Below are positions 55,169 to 64,000 of a stretch of DNA of 64,000 bases, one piece after another. The notes under the pieces were generated by a model, which did no database searches, was not told where the DNA came from, and worked only from the letters and a program-made list of their open reading frames with translations. A program made the translations under genes and the position numbers. The stretch's first letter is position 1, and each line of letters opens with the position of its first letter. The stretch spans positions 9,035 through 73,034 of the forward strand of contig JABIHN010000044.1 of assembly GCA_018649625.1 (NCBI GenBank), written 5' to 3'. The stretch comes from Fidelibacterota bacterium (GTDB lineage: Bacteria > Fidelibacterota > Marinisomatia > Marinisomatales > UBA1611).

Positions 55169-55266
55169 TCTTAATAGATTGAACTTTTATATTCGTGGAA
55201 ATAAAGACCAATCTCTTTTTAATTACCTAAATTTACAAAAAAAGCAGTTAAGGGCAATATTTTTAT

Positions 55267-56355
55267 TTATACCCCGTTTTGTACTCGAGAAATCAATTTA
55301 GTTACCTCAGATAAAACTTTTTCAACTTGAACAGATGCCATACATTGGGAACACAACCTCCAGTGGTCTCTAACATGATTACAGATATCATTTGGCCTTA
55401 CGATTGAAACGTATTTACCGAGAGGTCGAGTCCAATCGGGACTCTGTGCTCCAAATATTGAAATAACCGGGATTTTAAGATAAGCGGCAAGATGCCCTGG
55501 CATAGAATCAATCGCAATTAATAACTTCTGACTCATTAACCAATTTTTAAATTCAACTAAATCGCCACTAAAGACTTCAACAGTTAAACCTTTTTCTTTC
55601 ATTCGTTGAATTAAGCCTCGTGTTTCATTTGTTTTAACCACTGAAACCTTGTGGGTTCTCGACAAGGATTCAGCTAATTCCAACCAGTGTTTTTCGGGCC
55701 ACGATCTTTTTGGATCAGTTCCTCCAGCATGAAAAACAATGGTTCCAGTAGCATTGTACTCCATTTTGTTTTCTTCCATAATAATTGATTTACATCCCAA
55801 CTTTTCAATTAAATTAAATGCACGTAAAGTTTGATGCGCATCCGTTGGAGAACTATTTGAATGAGTGTAAAAAAACGCCCCACCCGTATCTGTATACCCA
55901 AGACTCATTTTTGATTTTAAATTCCAAAGAAACCAGCTATCCCGCAAATCGCCTTTAAAATCAATCGCAATATCAATGTTTCTTTCCCTGAAATTCCGGG
56001 AAAAAGATCGAGCGCCTATCCATTTAGCAATCGACCAATCCCAATTAGTCCAAGGAACAGTGACACCAATTACTTCATCTGCTAAATGTAAATTTTCCGC
56101 TAATAACACTGCTTGCTGACAACATAATAAAGTTATCTTTGCTCTTGGAAACTTATTTTTTAAAGATTTTAAAATAGGAGCTATAAGAATAACGTCGCCT
56201 ATACGATGATATTGCAAAACAAATATTGACTTAATTTTATCCGAATCTAATAATTCTGATTTTCTGAATAGATTACAAAATAAATAAAGTGGAGAAATCA
56301 GCCTACTTAATATCCGTGACCAAAAAACATGAGTAGGATTGTAAATTTGTATCAC
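55267..56355 (-). CDS. Glycosyltransferase family 9 (LPS heptosyltransferase-like)
   Basis: It has 'HRIGDVILIAPILKSLKNKFP.AKITLL', typical of the GT9 N-terminus, and a C-terminal 'IDSMPGHLAA' segment. Confidence 0.75.
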   Translation of the reverse strand: MIQIYNPTHVFWSRILSRLISPLYLFCNLFRKSELLDSDKIKSIFVLQYHRIGDVILIAPILKSLKNKFPRAKITLLCCQQAVLLAENLHLADEVIGVTVPWTNWDWSIAKWIGARSFSRNFRERNIDIAIDFKGDLRDSWFLWNLKSKMSLGYTDTGGAFFYTHSNSSPTDAHQTLRAFNLIEKLGCKSIIMEENKMEYNATGTIVFHAGGTDPKRSWPEKHWLELAESLSRTHKVSVVKTNETRGLIQRMKEKGLTVEVFSGDLVEFKNWLMSQKLLIAIDSMPGHLAAYLKIPVISIFGAQSPDWTRPLGKYVSIVRPNDICNHVRDHWRLCSQCMASVQVEKVLSEVTKLISRVQNGV

Positions 56356-57443
56356 TATACCAATAATCCCATCTGTCGATAATAGTCATAAAGTTTTATC
56401 GACACCTGTTTGATATCATGATTTTCCGACACCCATTTTTTTGCTGCAATACTTGATGAAAGAATTTTTTTTCGATCTGCAATCAAATTCAACAAAACTG
56501 ATTCAAAGGTCTTCTCATTCACATTAATAAAGGGATGGTTCGGTATAAAAGATTGATATTTTTTATTCATTTCTGTTAATGTACAAACACCCATAGAAAG
56601 CGATTCAACCGAATTCATTCCATATCCCCAACCGCCTTTGTCTCCTATTTGATCGATAAATATATCAGATTTCGCCTTTCTTTCTAATGCTATTGTATGA
56701 TGAAGATTTTCAATCAAATCGAACTCAATCAATCCTTCAGATGCCATTCTCTCACAAATGGGGATAATGATATCAGAACCTTTATAAAAGCGATTCGTGG
56801 GCGCATGTGAAACACGAACTTTCTCATTGATTGACCTTTTTGGAGAAAATTGTGATGTATCAAAGGGTAAAAACAAATAATCTAAATTTGGATGTTTTTC
56901 AAGTAGATCTACTTCATTTGTCAGATTCAAATCAGTAAGAGCATCCATGATTGGCATTACACCACTCGCTCGTAAATCTTCTCCATGATAATGAGCAATG
57001 ATTTTTTTACCACGATTATGAAGTTCTTTTACAAAAAACTCATTTTTTAAAAAATCCGATCCACTTTCAAAATGAATTACATCAAAATCATATAAATTAT
57101 ATTCTAAAATAGCTTGTTCTACAATTGGACGCCATAACCAGTCTTTGAATTTGAAAAAACTTGCGTCAAACCAACCTTCGGATTTCCGAATGGGAGGGTA
57201 TCCTTTTTTTTCTTTAAAGTACCCATCTTTTCCTCTGTATTGTTTATAAACCAAATTGCGAATTTTTGCTAACCATGTTTTTGTGAAATTAAAAGGAAGA
57301 TCAAGACAGATGTCTTCTTCAAAATTTTTAGGGGATTTAAAAAACGTTACAGTTCGACACTCATTTCCTCGGGATTCGTGCTCCTTTTTCCACAAGGTAA
57401 GTGTGCCAACAGTATTTTCTGGAGATATATAAAGTATTTTCAT
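56355..57443 (-). CDS. Putative GT-B fold glycosyltransferase
   Basis: It has a 'MKILYIS' start, two Rossmann-sized halves and a 'G.GMNSVESLSMGV' segment resembling the GT4 nucleotide-sugar site. The family assignment is weak. Confidence 0.45.
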   Translation of the reverse strand: MKILYISPENTVGTLTLWKKEHESRGNECRTVTFFKSPKNFEEDICLDLPFNFTKTWLAKIRNLVYKQYRGKDGYFKEKKGYPPIRKSEGWFDASFFKFKDWLWRPIVEQAILEYNLYDFDVIHFESGSDFLKNEFFVKELHNRGKKIIAHYHGEDLRASGVMPIMDALTDLNLTNEVDLLEKHPNLDYLFLPFDTSQFSPKRSINEKVRVSHAPTNRFYKGSDIIIPICERMASEGLIEFDLIENLHHTIALERKAKSDIFIDQIGDKGGWGYGMNSVESLSMGVCTLTEMNKKYQSFIPNHPFINVNEKTFESVLLNLIADRKKILSSSIAAKKWVSENHDIKQVSIKLYDYYRQMGLLV

Positions 57444-57678
57444 TGGAGAGTTAGTCGTCTATGGTTTACAATATATTTAGTTCTTACACGCAGTAAAATT
57501 TAATCATTTGTAATACTTAAAATTTTATTAGATTATTAAAGACATCTTAGGCCGAAATTCCAACATCATAAAACACTCTTTAAATGATGGGTAGATTATA
57601 TCCTAAGATAATATCAACATTTAGACAGATTGGCAAGTGACGTTTCATTAACAAACAACAATTTTAGATAATATTAAA

Positions 57679-58842
57679 ATGAATCTTTTTATTCTACCCT
57701 CATGGTATCCCACAAAGCTTTACCCAGAAAGTGGCACTTTTTTTAGAGAGTGGGCATCTTTATTGAATCAAAATGAATTTGATGTCAAAGTCATTAATGC
57801 AACTATTCACTCTTTATGGGATTTCCCAAAGATTACAAAAATATCGAAATCTCCTTTTCAGTTTGAAGATATCCTTGGCTTCCCTACCCTGCAAATTGAA
57901 GCAATTAATTTATCTCCAAAATATGAATCTGGTGCTATGGCTCAACAAGAAAAAATATGGAACAAAATTTTTCAAGAAGGTATTGACAGATTTGGTCGTC
58001 CAGATTCTGTTTTAATTTATTCTTCTGTTTGGGCAGGGGTTTCGTTGGTAAATACTTTGCAAAAGTTAAACATTCCATTTGGAGTGACGGAACATATGAA
58101 AGAATTTTTGCTTCCAAATGGATTTACTTTAAACCAAATGAAGGCAATTAATTATTGTTATGATAAAGCAACATTTATCTCTGGAACCAGCTCTGCTCTC
58201 ACCAATAAAATGAAATCCTTATTTCCAAAATTCAAAAATAAAATAACGACTATTCCAAACCCTATAGACACAAATATTTTCAAACCTCATAAAGAATTCT
58301 TACAATCATCTAATCTCCCCTTCCGCTTTATTGCCTGCGGTCTTTTTCGAGAAGAAAAAGAATTTCCACTTCTATTAAAAGCATTTCATCAATTGTCTCA
58401 ATCAAATGATTGTACTTTAACGCTCGTTGGAAAAGGGCAATTTGAGCCCCTATTGAAAAGCATAGTTAAGGAATTAAACTTAGAAAGCCGTGTTACATTT
58501 ACGGGGTATTTATCTCAACGGGATTGGATCAAGCAATTGTGCCAATCTCATGCTCTTGTATTATCTAGTTCTGTTGAAACTTTTGGAATGGTTGTTGTTG
58601 AAGCCATGGCATGCGGTATTCCCGTGGTAGCAACTCGATGCGGTGGACCTGAATATACAATTAAGAATAATTTGGGTATATTAGTGGAGCCTCTTAATTT
58701 TAAAAGCCTTGCGAATGGAATGCAAAAAATGATTCACGAATATTCACAATTTGATCCAAAGTTTATTCGAGAAGACGTAAAAAACAGGTTTTCAACAACG
58801 GTCCATACTCAGTCCATTAAAAAATTATTTAGGACTTTTTAA
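57679..58842 (+). CDS. Glycosyltransferase family 4 (GT-B)
   Basis: It has 'LSSSVETFGMVVVEAMACGIPVVATRCGGPE' (EX7E region), typical of GT4/GT1 enzymes. Confidence 0.8.
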   Translation: MNLFILPSWYPTKLYPESGTFFREWASLLNQNEFDVKVINATIHSLWDFPKITKISKSPFQFEDILGFPTLQIEAINLSPKYESGAMAQQEKIWNKIFQEGIDRFGRPDSVLIYSSVWAGVSLVNTLQKLNIPFGVTEHMKEFLLPNGFTLNQMKAINYCYDKATFISGTSSALTNKMKSLFPKFKNKITTIPNPIDTNIFKPHKEFLQSSNLPFRFIACGLFREEKEFPLLLKAFHQLSQSNDCTLTLVGKGQFEPLLKSIVKELNLESRVTFTGYLSQRDWIKQLCQSHALVLSSSVETFGMVVVEAMACGIPVVATRCGGPEYTIKNNLGILVEPLNFKSLANGMQKMIHEYSQFDPKFIREDVKNRFSTTVHTQSIKKLFRTF

Positions 58843-60276
58843 TGTTGGTTTGAAAAATTGACTCATGTCAATTATTTTTAAAAAGAATAGTACCGCTGGA
58901 AATGTAAATGATAAAAATAATTTTACCCAAAAACTAACAGTAATAAAGAAAATTATTCCAAAAAATATACTCGCAGTAATAATAATCAAAATTAATTTTC
59001 TCCATTCATAAGGAATTGGGAATAGAGTTCTATTGACAATAAATAAAAAACCCGCCATAATTCCAAAAGATAAACAGGTTGCCCATGCGGCACCCAAATA
59101 TCCATAAGATGGAATGAGTAAAAAATTTAACCCCAAATTAACCATGGCACCCACACCACGCACTATCATAATCCATTTTGATTTTTCCATTAAAAAAGGA
59201 CCGGGGAGTTGCACCAAATACATTGCATCTAATACATAACCAAACGCAATAATAGGAATAATATGAATAGCTGACCAATACTCTGGACCGAGCAACGAAA
59301 ATGATCCAATCGATACTTTAACTAAATCTCCAATCCAAAAGAACATAAGTAACCAAACATAAATCATAACCGAAGCCAAGAGCGTTGTAATATGCGAAAA
59401 AAGCTGGCGTACATTCATATCGTCCTTTCCCAATCGCAAAAAAAATGGTTGCCATGCCATATTAAATCCCATCACCAATAATAACATCAATGACCCAATT
59501 TTATAACCTGCACTGTACAAACCAACATCGTTAGCATTTCCTAAATATTTTAAAACATATCGATCTGCTACTTCCATTGTCATAGCAAAAATACCAGACG
59601 GTAAAAAAGGAAGCCCAAATCGCATCATCTCCTTGAACTTTTCAGTTGAGAATCCTTTCAGGTTTACCCGATTCCAAGTAATGGGCATTGTTAATAAAAA
59701 CAGAACACTCGATGCAATAGCATTGCTCGCTAAAACTCCTTTAACGCCCATTCCTAATTTTGCAACCAAATAAATATTAAGACCAAGTGTCCCAAACGCA
59801 TTGATAAAACTAAAAATTAAAAATGGATAGGGTTTTTCCTCTGTCCGTAAAATAAGCTGTGGAATTGACCATAATATATCAACACAAATAATAGCTGTGA
59901 TGTAATACCAATATTGAACATCATCTATTCCCAAAATAAATTTGCTCATTATAGATGCAGAAAAAATATTTATTAACGCATATAGAATAGATACACCACC
60001 AAAAAAACCAATGGCGGTGGTATAAAAAGAAATTCGATCATCCGTCTTGGCTTGTACATATTTTTTCATCAAAGCTGCGTCAAGGCCGAATTTTAGGACG
60101 ACGTTCATAAATGCCATATATGCAAATGCTAACGAAACAATTCCATATTCTTCAGGAACAAATAAATTCGTGTAAACAGGTAATAAAAGAAATGTAATAA
60201 ACCTGACCAATACATGACCTGTACCATATATCAATGATTGCATTGATAAAAACTTTATTGAATTAGTCAAAGACAA
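58825..60276 (-). CDS. Oligosaccharide/polysaccharide flippase (MOP superfamily, Wzx-like)
   Basis: It is 483 aa with ~14 TM helices, and has the Wzx-like N-terminus 'GTGHVLVRFITFLLLPVYTN'. It sits in a glycan cluster. Confidence 0.7.
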   Translation of the reverse strand: MSLTNSIKFLSMQSLIYGTGHVLVRFITFLLLPVYTNLFVPEEYGIVSLAFAYMAFMNVVLKFGLDAALMKKYVQAKTDDRISFYTTAIGFFGGVSILYALINIFSASIMSKFILGIDDVQYWYYITAIICVDILWSIPQLILRTEEKPYPFLIFSFINAFGTLGLNIYLVAKLGMGVKGVLASNAIASSVLFLLTMPITWNRVNLKGFSTEKFKEMMRFGLPFLPSGIFAMTMEVADRYVLKYLGNANDVGLYSAGYKIGSLMLLLVMGFNMAWQPFFLRLGKDDMNVRQLFSHITTLLASVMIYVWLLMFFWIGDLVKVSIGSFSLLGPEYWSAIHIIPIIAFGYVLDAMYLVQLPGPFLMEKSKWIMIVRGVGAMVNLGLNFLLIPSYGYLGAAWATCLSFGIMAGFLFIVNRTLFPIPYEWRKLILIIITASIFFGIIFFITVSFWVKLFLSFTFPAVLFFLKIIDMSQFFKPTLKSPK

Positions 60277-60284
60277 AATAGTAA

Positions 60285-63022
<2,738 letters not shown>

Positions 63023-63038
<16 letters not shown>

Positions 63039-63592
63039 AAAAAGACCTTTTCTCCTCCCTTCATTTTTGACATACATTTTAATTCAACATTACTAGGCGG
63101 CTTCTTAAAATCGTAAACCAAGCTTGAAGTAATTGTTTTCCCTTTTTTTAAACCAAATGATACTGTGTTACTCCCTTCAAATGGATTCATTTCGCCTTTA
63201 TTATTGGATGCCGAAATTTTCAATAAGGTAAGCGCCATAAAATCAAAAGGTTTAGAATTCGTATTTGTAACCTGGATTTTTAAATTGACTTGATTTCCTT
63301 TTTGAATCGCGCTCAATAATTTATATTTTACTCCATCTGCAATTTGGGAAGATCCAACGGGAAGAGAAACAGTTGCATCTTCTAGTGAATTTATAGGTAC
63401 ATAAGCTTCCAGCGATATTTTAACATACTTTCCTGTTGGGTCTAGTTTTATTTTTCTGACTTGAACCCCGGAATTCAATTTTCCAATATAAGAATTTTCG
63501 TTTGAATTTGATGTTAAAGACGTTGATGATTTCAGTTTTGTATCCTGAGAAAAAACTACACCAACTATAAAAATTGCGACTAAAAACTTCAA
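63023..63592 (-). CDS. Secreted beta-rich protein, function unknown
   Basis: It has a signal peptide (MKFLVAIFIVGVVFSQ) and an Ig-like-sized beta-rich body. It lies 3 nt downstream of the OmpA/MotB-like gene. Confidence 0.4.
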
Positions 63593-63595
63593 CGG

Positions 63596-64000
63596 TTAAA
63601 TACCTACACTTCCTTGTTGTTTTAAAAATGCATCCAAGTAAATTTCTACGCGACGATTTATGGCCCTTGCTTCATTTTTTTGTGCTGAATGACGTAAAGT
63701 ATCAACATCAATTATTGGGCGAAATTCTCCGTATCCCAAAGCTGAGAAATGTTTCTCTGACATACCTGCATATTTACTCAATAACTTAACTAAATTTAAT
63801 GATCGAGCAGACGATAGCTCCCAATTACTAGGATAAGCTGCTTTTCTTGGTAATTTTAAATCATCAGTATGACCTTCACAGCGAACTTCAACATTTAAAA
63901 AAGCACCGCGTTTTTCAATTAGTTCTAATAAGGGGACGTACTCTTCGTCATCAAAAACATTCATAATCTTCGAAGTTCGAATAATCCCTCCCACTTGTTG
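63596..64000 (-). CDS. OmpA/MotB-family peptidoglycan-binding protein, 5'-partial (runs off the window end)
   Basis: It has OmpA_C motifs 'GHTDD', 'SNWELSSARS', 'GYGEF.P' and 'NRRVEIYL'. The frame is open to nt 64000. Confidence 0.75.
   Translation of the reverse strand, partial: QQVGGIIRTSKIMNVFDDEEYVPLLELIEKRGAFLNVEVRCEGHTDDLKLPRKAAYPSNWELSSARSLNLVKLLSKYAGMSEKHFSALGYGEFRPIIDVDTLRHSAQKNEARAINRRVEIYLDAFLKQQGSVGI

Overview
This is an AT-rich, very gene-dense chromosomal segment from a diderm, LPS-making bacterium. Many genes have overlapping stop and start codons. Several traits suggest the FCB superphylum by inference only: a short-lid adenylate kinase, a type-B L31, an Mrp homologue without CxxC, and FlgD-Ig/CHU_C-like C-terminal domains.

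I support about 62 protein genes, most of them core housekeeping:
- A nucleoside-salvage block: rhomboid-cdd-udk, tdk-nupC, adk-coaE.
- An ECF sigma module.
- An nfeD-floA operon.
- A large envelope supercluster: uppS-bamA-skp-lpxD-lpxC-fabZ-lpxA-X-dxr-rseP.
- mrp and ferredoxin.
- A marR-mutY-plsC-doxX-SDR-phosphodiesterase string.
- A translation and termination block: rho-X-aminotransferase-rpmE, then DUF1385-prfA-prmC.
- Wall genes folC-murI-amidase.
- An LPS/glycan cluster: GT9, GT-B, GT4, flippase, FemAB-like.
- eno-ftsB.

I saw no rRNA, tRNA, CRISPR array, prophage, integrase or recognisable defence island.

The window does not contain an obvious novel multi-gene system. These items are most worth a second look:
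1. An orphan Cas6/RAMP-like protein with a poly-basic tail, wedged between rho and an aminotransferase.
2. Two tandem paralogous small membrane proteins with very strong ribosome-binding sites and a structured leader, sitting upstream of two uncharacterised putative outer-membrane proteins.
3. A solitary Y1 (RAYT-like) transposase gene carrying a perfect 28-bp palindrome inside its own coding sequence.
4. A signal-peptide-bearing class-II cyclic-nucleotide phosphodiesterase.
5. Lineage-specific oddities in NupC (a four-helix insertion), MutY (an intact Nudix box) and Mrp (no CxxC).

All functional calls rest on motif and family recognition by eye. No searches were run.
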